A program made the translations under genes and the position numbers. The notes beneath the pieces are model-generated. The model did no database searches. It was given only the letters and a program-made list of their open reading frames with translations, and had not been told where the DNA came from. Shown one piece after another: positions 10,243 through 20,414 of a DNA stretch of 64,000 nucleotides. Origin of the DNA: a virus (Duplodnaviria > Caudoviricetes); IMG/VR virus record IMGVR_UViG_3300029967_000162, positions 70,148-134,147 of that record. The stretch is one strand, 5' to 3'. Every line of letters starts with the position of its first letter. Position 1 is the stretch's first letter.

Positions 10243-11454
10243 TTAATTTGTGAGGGCAATCCTCACTGGCCTAGCCACAAGGCCTCTACTCCCTAGCAAT
10301 GCATCAGGAGATGCTTTTCAAAACTTTCTTGCAATGTTGAGCGAACCATTCACATCAGCATTCAAGAGTCCAGTTGGGTCTTTGAACAATCCACGCTTGA
10401 TCCTCTTCCCAGTTGGCTTGAAGAGTTCATCATCAACTTTCCAAGTTGGCAGATAGTCATTGTTGAAGAAACTGCACTTTGATGTATAGCTTTCTTCTTG
10501 CAACACCACATTAATTCCTAACAACTTAGCCTTATATTCAATCATCTTCACAAACTGTCAGAATGGTATCTGCACAAAATTCTGGTTTGACTTCTTTGAC
10601 ATGCTTGTGTCTTGTTTCCATCCTTTGTTGTAACCAACAATGATTGTTGTCAAGGAATGTTCAACGGCTTGATTCACAATCACTCTAGAAGCCTTGTGGA
10701 GATAGTCTTTGACTTTGTTGTTTCTTTTCAGGCTCAATGCTTTGACTTTGTTGCTTGATTTTTGCTTGTTTTGCTCTAACTTTGACTTATAATGTGCTAA
10801 CTGTTTGTTATAGAATTGGTTGATTGACTTCAAAGGTTTCCCATCAATAATGAATGCATTCACTCTATTAGAAGTACATGTTGCTAAGTTGTTTACCCCT
10901 AAGTCTATAGAAAGCCAATTCCCGTTCTGTTCTTTGAGTTCTTGTTCTTCTACTTCATAGACAACTTCTATGATAAGATAATCACCTTTTGGTATTACTC
11001 TAACTTGCTTTAAATCATTAGTATGCTTTGAATTAAATTCTAAATTTGTCTTTGGTAATCTGATAATACCAATTTTCAAAAAGTTCTTGCTTAAAGTCAT
11101 TGAATTATAAGTCAAGACAAATCTTCCTTTCTCTTTATCTAAATAACTAGGTATCCTAACTTTTTTTCCTGATTTCTTCTTGAGCGACTGAAAAAATGAC
11201 TTATAATTGTAATAGACTAACTTAAGTACTTCTTGTGATGTATTTGAAGGCAATGCAAAGTAGTTCTCATCATGTCTGTCATGCAAGAGTCTGTTGAGGC
11301 CATAGTAGTCAAGAAAAGTCTTGTCTTTGAAGAACTGCTGCCTGACTTCATAGAGAGCAGCATTATAGAGGTTCTTAGACAAGAAGCACAAATGATCAAG
11401 CTCTTTGTAGAGCTTGTCTGCCTTCTTGACTATATGTTGCTCAACTAATTTCAT
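10243..11454 (-). CDS. tnpB: TnpB (IS607-associated); 2 TGA
   Basis: SIDLGVNN, EESYTSKCS, NADVNGSLNI; continuous through TGA at 10558 and 10318. Confidence 0.88.
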
Positions 11455-11476
11455 TATTTAATAATCTCAATCATAT

Positions 11477-12079
11477 TTATTTATCTTCAAGCTTCAAATC
11501 TTTTTCAATGAGCTGCAACTTCTCTTTTCTTCTTGATGAGTACATCTTCATAGAGAAACAATGAATCAAAGAGATGATTTCTTCAAAGATTTCTTTCTCA
11601 ATCTCTCTAGGATTGTCTATCTCATTGAGCACTACTATGTCTACTCCATACTTTTCAAACAAAGACTTGAAAGTCTGAAATGAGATTCTTGAAAGTCTGT
11701 CTTTGTAAGTTATGAAGATCTTGTTGATCTTGTATGATGTGACATCATCTAGAAGCTCTTGGAACCCGTCTCTATCAAGTGACATCCCTGAAGCAATGTC
11801 TTTGTAAATCTTTGAGACCTTTACACCATTCTTGAAGCAGAACTGCTCTAATGTAGAGATTTGATTCTCAAGGTCTTTCTTCTGGCAGGTTGAAGAAACT
11901 CTAGCATAGATTACATTGATTTGCTCTACATTCTTGTTAAGTAGTTTATAGACATCATTCTTGTTGTAGTCATATTGGCCGTTTGGTAAGGTCTTTGTTG
12001 ATATTCAGCCTCTAGAGACATAATGACAAAGAGTAGGTCTTGTAATTTTTAACAAAGACAATACTTCTTTAGCTTTCAT
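11477..12079 (-). CDS. tnpA: IS607 serine-recombinase transposase; 1 TGA
   Basis: MKAKEVLSLLKITRPTL...RG(W)I HTH, then YARVSS and DRLSR. Confidence 0.88.
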
Positions 12080-12201
12080 ATAATAAATAGTTAAGATTTT
12101 GTTATTTATTATAATAGAAGAAAATAATTTTAACAAAATCTATGTATAAAAAAGAAGTGGAGATAGACAATCTTTAAAATTTAAGATATAATTTAAAAAT
12201 T

Positions 12202-12285
12202 GCCAATATGGGACAGTGGTCAACTCCACCTGCCTTGTAAGCAGGCTCTGTATAAGATGCGCAAGTTCGAATCTTGCTATTGGCT
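12202..12285 (+). tRNA. tRNA-Thr(TGT) with an unusually long (15 nt) variable region
   Basis: Acceptor gccaata/tattggc; anticodon arm cctgc-cttgtaa-gcagg; T arm gcaag-ttcgaat-cttgc. Confidence 0.8.
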
Positions 12286-12305
12286 CAAGATAAATTATCT
12301 TGACA

Positions 12306-12378
12306 TGTGGGATAGAGCAGTTGGCAGCTCATCAGGCTCATAACCTGAAGGTCGCAGGTTCAAGTCCTGCTCCCGCAA
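12306..12378 (+). tRNA. tRNA-Met(CAT), initiator-like
   Basis: Acceptor tgtggga/tcccgca; tcagg-ctcataa-cctga; gcagg-ttcaagt-cctgc. Confidence 0.9.
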
Positions 12379-12383
12379 CCGAA

Positions 12384-12730
12384 GTGCATGATGGGCACCG
12401 GCGCCCTACAGATGCACAACTCTCAAGGCATAGCCGGCGATGGGGCTACATGCATCCATTGCAACCTGTGGAGAGTGGCGCAAGATACAAGGGAAACTTG
12501 CAACAGAAGAGTGCCAGAATTGGCATTAGCAGATGCCTAGGATCATGTGGTGACACATGATGAAAAGCTTCAAATCTCTTCTAAATGGTGTACCTGTGAT
12601 GGAGTTCACCTCATCAGAGATGATCACATGCACAGCTTGCTAAATACATGATAGGTTCGCTGCCTTTGTACACCACTGTTTGCATCAAGAAGACAACTGG
12701 CCCTAACAAGTTGGTTGTCTTTTGGGGCAC
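12384..12730 (+). ncRNA. candidate structured non-coding RNA downstream of the tRNAs
   Basis: Many nested hairpins (gtgcat/atgcac, atcatgtg-gtga-cacatgat, gtgcca/tggcat, ggtgtac/gtacacc, agacaac/gttgtct); no convincing ORF. Confidence 0.4.
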
Positions 12731-12777
12731 CATGCAACATAAATAAAAAGACGAATAGAAGACTTGGAGATGGAGAC

Positions 12778-13749
12778 ATGAGGAGAACTATTTGGCATAT
12801 CTTTATAGTTGCTGCACTTGCACTTCTAGCAAGCTGCCAACGTAGGCCTATTGAGCAGACAATGTCACTAGTGCATATCACAGTTGTAGAGCAAGACTCT
12901 ATCATGAATGTGACATATGGCTTGCCAACTAAAGCTGTAGATCCACCTGAGATCACAGCAGATGGCTTCCTCCTCTACTGCTACAAGGATGATGAGAATG
13001 GCAGGCAGACCGGGCCTTATGTGATGGCAGTGCGAGGCACGGACATGAGCTATGATGGATGGCTCAGCCTTGAGAGTGGTGAGTGGACTGTCATGGCAGC
13101 CACATTTGACGGCACTGACATACAGACATCAATCACAGACATATTTGAAGATGGCTATGCATGAGTGTCACACCAGGTGAACGGCACTCTGCAACAGCCA
13201 GACCACTTCTTTGTTGGATCAGAGAGGCAGATAGAAATTGTGCCACAAGTTGCAGCTGACTTTGACACTGTGCAAGTGGCAATCAATGCTGAGACCATCA
13301 CGAAGACTTGGTATGTGCAAGTTGGCGTGGCAGAAGAGAGTGATGAGATGCCAAGTGCACTCTCTGCTTGTGTGACAGGCCTTGCAGACAATGTGAAGCT
13401 CATCACAAAGAGCATAGATGGGCAAGATCAGTCACAGCTGAAGCTTGAGCTTGTGGATGATCCATTCAGCTCAGGCAAGAAAGTGTATGCTGGGGTGTTC
13501 TCAACATTCGGGTTCAACAGCAAAGCACCAGAGATTGTGCTATCGCCTCAAACAAAGTCAATCACAAAGACATTGAGCTTGAGCGATGCTCTTGTGACTG
13601 AAGATGCGACTGAGAGGCAATGGATCATCTTGGATGATGCAGTGGGGCCAGACGACTTCAAGAGAGACACCACCCAGGCTAGCTCAGGCAGCATGTGGCA
13701 GCCATATGTCGAAGACTGGGAACATGAGACAATAAAATTTTACATATAA
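12778..13749 (+). CDS. Bacteroidota-type lipoprotein (Mfa2/DUF5119-like pilus accessory protein); 1 TGA
   Basis: Lipobox LLASC; C-terminal WQPYVEDWEHETIKFYI typical of fimbrillin-like proteins; continuous across TGA 13162. Confidence 0.6.
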
Positions 13750-13754
13750 TAAAC

Positions 13755-14765
13755 ATGAAAATGAAGTTCATTCTAGGTGCTGCTGTTGCAGCATTCATGG
13801 TGGCAGTTGGATGCACTAAAGAGAATGTCCAGCTTGCTCCTGCACAGGAGATAACAATGTCTCCTTACTACACTACAAGTGTTGCTACAAAGGCAGATGA
13901 TAACGAGCATTCGTTTGCAACTACTGAGACCTTTGTCACTAAAGTGTACTATGATGACAGCAAAGATGAAAATGGTGTCTATGTGCCAGAGTCTGTAGTG
14001 AAGTACACAGATCAATGGAGAGCTTATAATAATGAAGATGTTATGATGCACTACTATTGGCCAGTTGATGGAAAGAAGCTGACTTTCTACTCTTACTACC
14101 CAGCAAGCTTGAAGTCTCAAGAGAATGCTCCTAAAGCTTGGATTACTAGCGTTGGTGTCAATGCAGAGTTCACTTCTCGTCCAGAAGTAGACTTCATGGT
14201 TGCTGACACGCAATGTGGCCAGACTGCTAATAGTTCTAATGACAACTACACAGGTGTTCCAACGATCTTCCGGCATGCTCTTGCTAAGATTGAGACTGTG
14301 CATTTGAAGTTGCAGGGTGCGCCATATAATAGTTTGTCATACAAAGTCATGTATGTGAAGTTGACAGGCTTGAAGAATGGCACTTATACACAATCTGGTG
14401 AATCACATTGGAAATTGTCTGAAAATGATGAATATTCTGAAAATGATGGATATAGTGAATTTCTTTATAATAATAAAGATGGCTTAGAGATCAACAAAAA
14501 GGATGGCGGTAGCTTCAATGTTAATAAGTTCTTCATACCTGGAAACAACTTCAACATCACAGTTGGCTTCGAAGTTACTGGCTCTAACAACATAGTGCAA
14601 AAATTTGAGAAGACAGCAAGTGTTGAAAACCTTAGTATGCAAGAGAACTACAACTACACCTTGAACATCACTAGAGGAAGTGATAACGACAAGCCGGTGA
14701 ATGAGATCCTCTGGGCACCTTCTGTGAAAGATTGGATTGATGATACAATCAGTGTCACACTTTAG
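13755..14765 (+). CDS. fimbrillin-family (Mfa-like) lipoprotein
   Basis: Lipobox VAVGC, ATKA processing-like site, YYWP, TFYSYYP, DFMVA, FRHALAKI, C-terminal VKDW. Confidence 0.8.
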   Translation: MKMKFILGAAVAAFMVAVGCTKENVQLAPAQEITMSPYYTTSVATKADDNEHSFATTETFVTKVYYDDSKDENGVYVPESVVKYTDQWRAYNNEDVMMHYYWPVDGKKLTFYSYYPASLKSQENAPKAWITSVGVNAEFTSRPEVDFMVADTQCGQTANSSNDNYTGVPTIFRHALAKIETVHLKLQGAPYNSLSYKVMYVKLTGLKNGTYTQSGESHWKLSENDEYSENDGYSEFLYNNKDGLEINKKDGGSFNVNKFFIPGNNFNITVGFEVTGSNNIVQKFEKTASVENLSMQENYNYTLNITRGSDNDKPVNEILWAPSVKDWIDDTISVTL

Positions 14766-14769
14766 ATTC

Positions 14770-16269
14770 ATGTCTCTCAAGTGGGTCGCCGCACTAGCAG
14801 TGACCCTTGTTGTCTTTGGGTGCTCTAAAGATGATGGCACTGCATATGATGCTCCCACACAACCATCTACATTGCCATTGCTCAGCTCATGGCAGGCCTC
14901 AACAAAAGCTGACAACGCACAAGATGAGCAAGCTTCTGCAGACACAGTTGCCCTTGATCACTCAAAGGCCTTCTACATGACCGCTCTGACAACTGATGAT
15001 AGGAAACTCTGGTCATCATCAGATGCACAAGTCAGCTACGCAGAAGGCATTGGGTGGCATTCAGGATGATATTGGCCAGCAGAGCTAGACAGAGAGCTTG
15101 AGATTTGGACATATCCAACAAAGATGTGGACAGCTATAGACACAACTGCAAAGACAGTCTCTGTCGCTCTAGATGGCAAAGATGACTTGATCTTCACAGC
15201 CACCCCATCTTATAGCAAAGGTCCAAACCCAGTGAATGTGAAGTTCATCCACTCTCTTGCAGGTGTGACTGTAAGCAGCAACATCAAGAACCCAAACACA
15301 AAGCAGAAGATGGCATGGGCAGAGCAGATCACTGCAAGCTACATGAACACTTCTGGCATCTGGGACTTCACCAACCAAAGATGGACTTCTCTGGATGGAA
15401 AGCAAGCAGAGGATGCAAAAGTAGGCTCTGTCTTCTATGTCACTCCTGGGCAGACTATTAGCTTGCACCTTGAGAAGCTGCATGTCATCAACAACAATGA
15501 TGAAGATGCTGCACAGATCCTTGACTATGACCTCAAGACACCTGTAGAAGTCAAAGAAGGTATGATGCATGAAGTTGTCATCAACATGAGTGAAGCTGAA
15601 GAGTGGGTTGACTTAGGCCTGCCTTCTGGCACGCTCTGGGGTACAAAGAACATCGGTGCATGCAAGCCAGAGATGTATGGCAACTTCTACAGGTGGGCAA
15701 ACTTGAAACAGCGAATGAAAGGAGACTCAAACACTTCAGACCCAGAAGCAAGCCAACGGCAGAGCAATGGAGAGATGCAAGACACCTATGACATTGCATA
15801 CCAGATTCTAAAAGGTGAAGGAGAGACCCCAACTTACACTCAAGTTGAAGAGCTCAAGAAGTGGTGCAAGTGGGAGTGGATGGAAGAAGGCAACACTGAG
15901 TTCAGCGGAGTGCCAGGATTCAAGATCTATGCTTCTGGCTACTATAACACAGACAGCAAGAGCACTTTCATCTTCATTCCTGCAAATGGCTACTATGATG
16001 ACAATGGCTGGATGATAGACTACAACACTTATCAATACAAAGGCAGCACTTCAGAGCAAGGAGTGAAGTCTACAAGGAAGGGATCATACTGGACTTCTAC
16101 CTACAACAATGGCACTCCACACACTCTCAACTTTGGTGCAGGATGGGAGACAATGCCAGACAATGAATACCAGACTGGGCAGACCCCACATGCTCTTGGC
16201 ATCAGGCCGGTGAAAGTACAGAAGATCTCTGGCCGTAACCCTAACCCAACCAGGAGCAACCAATGGTAG
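14770..16269 (+). CDS. fimbrillin lipoprotein with a C-terminal VDLGLPSG (DUF1566/Fib_succ-like) domain, putative tip adhesin; 1 TGA
   Basis: Lipobox VVFGC, STKA, G(W)YWP, FIHSLA, EWVDLGLPSGTLW, FIPANG, YWTST, GIRPV. Confidence 0.75.
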
Positions 16270-16452
16270 CTCTCTAACTGCTTAGTATCCACCAGGACAT
16301 CTTTTCCTGGCATAAACATGTCCCAACAAGAAAAGGTTTCTCATGGAAAATTGTCCTAAGAAACCTTTTTAATTGTCTCATATTCATTTGCTTAAACCGA
16401 TTAAAATCAGAGTTGCCTCTATATAAATCATGTAAACAAACACAGAGACAAC

Positions 16453-16848
16453 ATGAGACACACATTCACTTCTATCATCGCTGCGATCGCAATTGCATTC
16501 TCTACCATCAGCTGCTCTGCTGAGAGATATGACATCGAACCAATGCCTGCAGAAGAAAGCCCTGCTTATGTGATGTACAAAGCAGTGTCTGCAGACTCTA
16601 CCGACATCATGGAGATCTCAACTCTCACTTCTGTAGGTGTAGCAGACTTCAAGAGCACTGCCGAGTTTGAAGCAATCATAGGACCAGTGGATGCAAACAC
16701 ATTTGAGCCTTCAATCGAAGCAGTCTCTCAGAAAGATGCGGAGATCAAGATCTCTATCTACATCAGTGAGGACCTTGAGAGCTGGAAGCATGTCGGTGGC
16801 ACGACAGGAGAAGCATATGCTGAAGTAGTGACAAAGATCTCTGAATAG
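16453..16848 (+). CDS. small lipoprotein
   Basis: Signal peptide ending in STISC. Confidence 0.65.
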   Translation: MRHTFTSIIAAIAIAFSTISCSAERYDIEPMPAEESPAYVMYKAVSADSTDIMEISTLTSVGVADFKSTAEFEAIIGPVDANTFEPSIEAVSQKDAEIKISIYISEDLESWKHVGGTTGEAYAEVVTKISE

Positions 16849-16894
16849 AAGGAAGACAATCTCATGTTGCCTAGATATGATTGATGTTAGGCAT

Positions 16895-16969
16895 TGAGGT
16901 GTCGTATAAAGCTCAATACACAAGATTTTGGTTCTTGCAATCAGGGTTGGATTCCCTGCACCTCAACCA
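16895..16969 (+). tRNA. tRNA-Gln(TTG)
   Basis: Acceptor tgaggtg/cacctca + A + CCA; caaga-ttttggt-tcttg; atypical T loop ttggatt. Confidence 0.8.
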
Positions 16970-17036
16970 AGCATTGATCAAAGTTTTTTCCTATGCACTT
17001 GCTACATTAGCAGGTGCATTTTTAGCAAAGAAAGCC

Positions 17037-17267
17037 ATGTGCTTCAAGAAGAAAGACAAGACATATGTTGAAGTTGTAGGAGAGCATTGGCTAGATGAGA
17101 CAAAGATGCTCTCATACAAAGAGTTCATTGCATGCAAGCACCCTTCTGAGATAAAGCTTTGCAAGCTCTATGAAAGTTTTGACGAGCTTGAGAAGACAAA
17201 GCAAGACCACAAGCATAGAATCTTTGATTTGATTCAGAAGTTCATTGATAAAGATTACGGGATGTAG
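17037..17267 (+). CDS. small hypothetical protein; 3' end overlaps tRNA-Pro
   Basis: MCFKKKDKTY..., ORF with typical codon usage. Confidence 0.45.
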   Translation: MCFKKKDKTYVEVVGEHWLDETKMLSYKEFIACKHPSEIKLCKLYESFDELEKTKQDHKHRIFDLIQKFIDKDYGM

Positions 17268-17408
17268 TTCAGTTGGCCAGAACGCTGGTTTTGGGATACA
17301 GAATGATTTACTGTGACAAATCAACATTGTAGTCAAGACGTGAGGTTGAAGATCGAATCTTCCTACAATGTCAACCAGAGGTCGCGCGTTCGAGTCGCGC
17401 CATCCCGA
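17258..17408 (+). tRNA. tRNA-Pro(TGG) with a 77-nt insertion (17296-17372) at position 37/38
   Basis: Acceptor cgggatg/catcccg; anticodon stem ctggt/accag separated by tttggg + insert + a; T arm gcgcg-ttcgagt-cgcgc. Confidence 0.85.
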
Positions 17409-17443
17409 CAATTTAAGTTCAACATTTTAGACTTTCATATATC

Positions 17444-17698
17444 ATGCCAATTGGTCTCACACTCTTGATTGTGTTCTTGCTTGGTGGCTTGCTAGGCTAC
17501 TCACTTCCATTCATGAAGCTCTACATTGACTTGAAGAATGACCCTGAGCTTCGGCAGAGGACTTATGATGAGATGGCAGATTGGTTCATCAAGCAGAATG
17601 ACTGGGAATCTCTCAGAGAGCTGAACTGGTCAGAAGTATACAGAGGATGCAAGAAGAGGATGACTGACATGACTGGCAACATCGATGATGAGAGCTAA
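17444..17698 (+). CDS. small membrane protein
   Basis: N-terminal TM helix. Confidence 0.6.
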   Translation: MPIGLTLLIVFLLGGLLGYSLPFMKLYIDLKNDPELRQRTYDEMADWFIKQNDWESLRELNWSEVYRGCKKRMTDMTGNIDDES

Positions 17699-17721
17699 AG
17701 ACTAAAGCTTGGCACATACAA

Positions 17722-17755
17722 AAAATCTCAGAGCTTTCACTCTGAGATTTTTTTC
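17722..17755. terminator. bidirectional terminator
   Basis: aaaaatctcagag-loop-ctctgagattttttt between convergent genes. Confidence 0.7.
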
Positions 17756-17757
17756 TT

Positions 17758-20319
17758 CTATTCAGTGTTCTTTGGTATGTAGTTCGTATGGAACACTATG
17801 TCCTCAAGCATCTTCCACATTGTCGTGAGAGAAGCATCTATCCTGTCAGTCAAGCCCTCAAGTGAGTTGATTGATATGTTCATCACTTTTATAGAGCTGT
17901 CAGTTGCATCAGCAAAGTCAAACAGAGTGCTCAAGTTCTTTGAGTGCGTGGCAACCTTTGTGCTCAAGTCTTTGAATGAGTCTGAGCCCATGATTGCATT
18001 CTCAAGGTTCACGACAAAGTTCTGTATGTAAGCGATGATGTAAGGAATCAGCTTCTCATAGTTGATGTTAGCAGTCTTGATGTCTGACCCATAGAGCACG
18101 CTTGTGTCTTGGCTCTCTACCAAGTATGTCAAGTCAACGCCATTTCATGAGCTGTCACCACCCCATGAAGAGCTGTTCAACGCTGGGCTGTCTGGGTCGA
18201 CATAGAACTCAAGGATCCTGTCAGAAGAGTTCTGCACAGTGCCATCTTCAGCGATGTACTTGTACTCAACATTCTTGGTTGACATCAGTATGTTGATGCC
18301 CGCATAGTAGAGTGGTGTCTGGCTTGCCTCAGTAGTCTGCCCACTTGGGTCTGACACACTCACCATGTGCTCTTGCACGTCAAATATGGTTGAGAGGATT
18401 CTGCCAGCTTCTTCAGTCAAGGCACCTTCTTCATTCAAGAGAGTAGAGAATGCAGAAGCATCATCATAGTACTTGGTGACCTTGACATATGAGTCTATCT
18501 TGTTGAGAGTCGACACATCAAGATGGTCAATGTGCACCCCACTTGAGTCAAAGATTGCCACTGTCTTGTACTCTACATCTTTGTATGCATATGCTTCAGT
18601 GTCATAAGTGTCAACTGCATCTGGCACCTGTATCAGCAAGACAGAGTCATCTAGTGTCTTGCCTGGCCTGATTGTAGAAGCATTCAGCACAGCTGTCGTG
18701 AGCACTGCTGCACGATCACCTGCCACATAAGATGCAAGAGCTGTGCTCAAGTCCTTCACCTGTGTAGCATAAGTGTCATATGCATTCACTACCTGTGCAT
18801 AAGAGCTCTGGATGTTCTTTGTCGTGACGACATTGGTGTTCATCGCATCCACTGCTTGGCTCAAGCTGCTCAAGATGCCAGCGAAGTCAGAAGTGAGGAG
18901 TGAAGTCGTAGTCGTGTTGTCATTGACTTCAGAGTCGGTGTCGTCATAGACAGAGTTCGTCTTCACGTTCACACGGAATGCATAGCCAGTGCCAAACCCA
19001 TTTGCATTGCTCATCTTCTTGGTGAGTGGTGGGATGCAGAATGAAGTCTGCTCTCCAGTCTCATCTCCAGACATGTCTTCAGGGGCATCCAAGAAGAGCA
19101 CGCCAAACAAGTTGGTAGCTACAGGCACCTTAGTCGAGTTGGTCGTGTCATAGACAGAGTAGTAGAGCAAGATGGCATTGAAGTCGAACTGGTCATCAGG
19201 AGCGAATGCATCTGGGGCCTTCACGTTCACGTCATCATAGCTGTTCACAATGTGCGTCACACCAGGCTCAAGCTTGTCCCAGATTGCAGCGATGTCGTTC
19301 ACATCCTTCACAATCTCTACCCCATCAAGGTTAGATCTCCTGAAAGTGAATGTGCTGTCACCCTTGTATGTGATGTCATAGTTGATTGGGTCACTCTTGT
19401 CCCACTTCTGAGTTATGTATGCTCCACCAGTCTTCACATAGCTGAGCATGCTGCTCCACCAGAAAGCGTCATCGTCACCAGACCCATCGCTTGCACTCCA
19501 TGAAGGAGTGTACTCGTCAAACGTGTCGGCGTAGTCAGACCATGGCACGTTGACTGTGTATGTGTTCACGACATTCTCTGCTTCAGACTCACGGCCTTGC
19601 AGAGTAGAAGGGTTGTCATAGATGTATGCCTTGCCAAGCACATAGTTAGTCTCACCATCGTCATCTTTCACCCTGAAGTAGACTTTGCCACCACCATAAG
19701 AAGTCGGCACAGCGACATAAGTCTCATTGAACATGCCAAACTCTGTAGACCGAGAGTTCCCAGCATCTATGGCCCCAAAGCACCTCACGACTTTCTGGTA
19801 GCCTGTGCGGTTGCCTACAGCCTCTATGCTGGTAGAGACATCCTGATCCTCCTCAAAGATCTCTCCACACCTTGTCGTCTTGATGTTGTCATCCTTCCAC
19901 CTGATGGCACCAGTCTCCTTGAGTCACTTCCAGAAGACACGCTCAGACACAGTCTGCAAGTCTTGGTAGTTGTACTCATCTTGGTTCATCAAGAGGGTCT
20001 CAAAGTTCATCGCATAGTTCTGGAGAGATGCAGCGATGTGCCATGATGGAGAGTAGTCCAAGCCACCTTGCCCAGCTACATATGCAAACTCACCTGGTAT
20101 GAGAGTTGGGTTGAAGAAGTTGACTGCCAAGTTCTTCTTGGTTGCAAGCTCTGTGTTGCTCTCTGGTATGTTGAGGAGAGCATAGTGTGAGAGGCACACT
20201 GTGTTGGCTCTTGCATTGAGGTTGAGCCCTATGTCTTCAGAAGCCGATGGGAACACATAGAGGGTCCCACCTTGGCTCCTTGGTTGGTTGATGATTGGTG
20301 TCTTGTTCTGACTAGCCAT
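17758..20319 (-). CDS. large virion structural protein (853 aa); 2 TGA
   Basis: Three ORF pieces in one frame across TGA at 19924 (VFWK-W-LKETG) and 18145. Confidence 0.75.
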
Positions 20320-20414
20320 ATGACAAAATTCAAAAATACACCATATTTATGCTCAAAAGCCAAGCCGGCCACAAAAGCGGCATAAATATCAAAATCAAAA
20401 GGTTGGAACGGCAC

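Larger units (their letters stand above)
10230..12130 (-). mobile_element. IS607-family element (serine-recombinase tnpA + tnpB); ends approximate
   Basis: Tandem MerR-HTH/serine recombinase and TnpB genes with AT-rich flanks. Confidence 0.8.

Noticed and set aside
12480-12630. RNase P RNA or tmRNA
   Set aside because: Only a partial ggaaa..tgcaacagaa resemblance; the GAGGAAAGUCC and 3' P4 signatures and the tmRNA ends are missing.
15590-16270. Diversity-generating retroelement target
   Set aside because: The domain type is a frequent DGR target, but no template repeat or reverse transcriptase is visible in the window.
16881-17036. 5' extension of ORF 16881..17267 (likewise ORFs 12300..12560 and 55323..55604)
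   Set aside because: These overlap tRNA genes and are not credible coding sequence.
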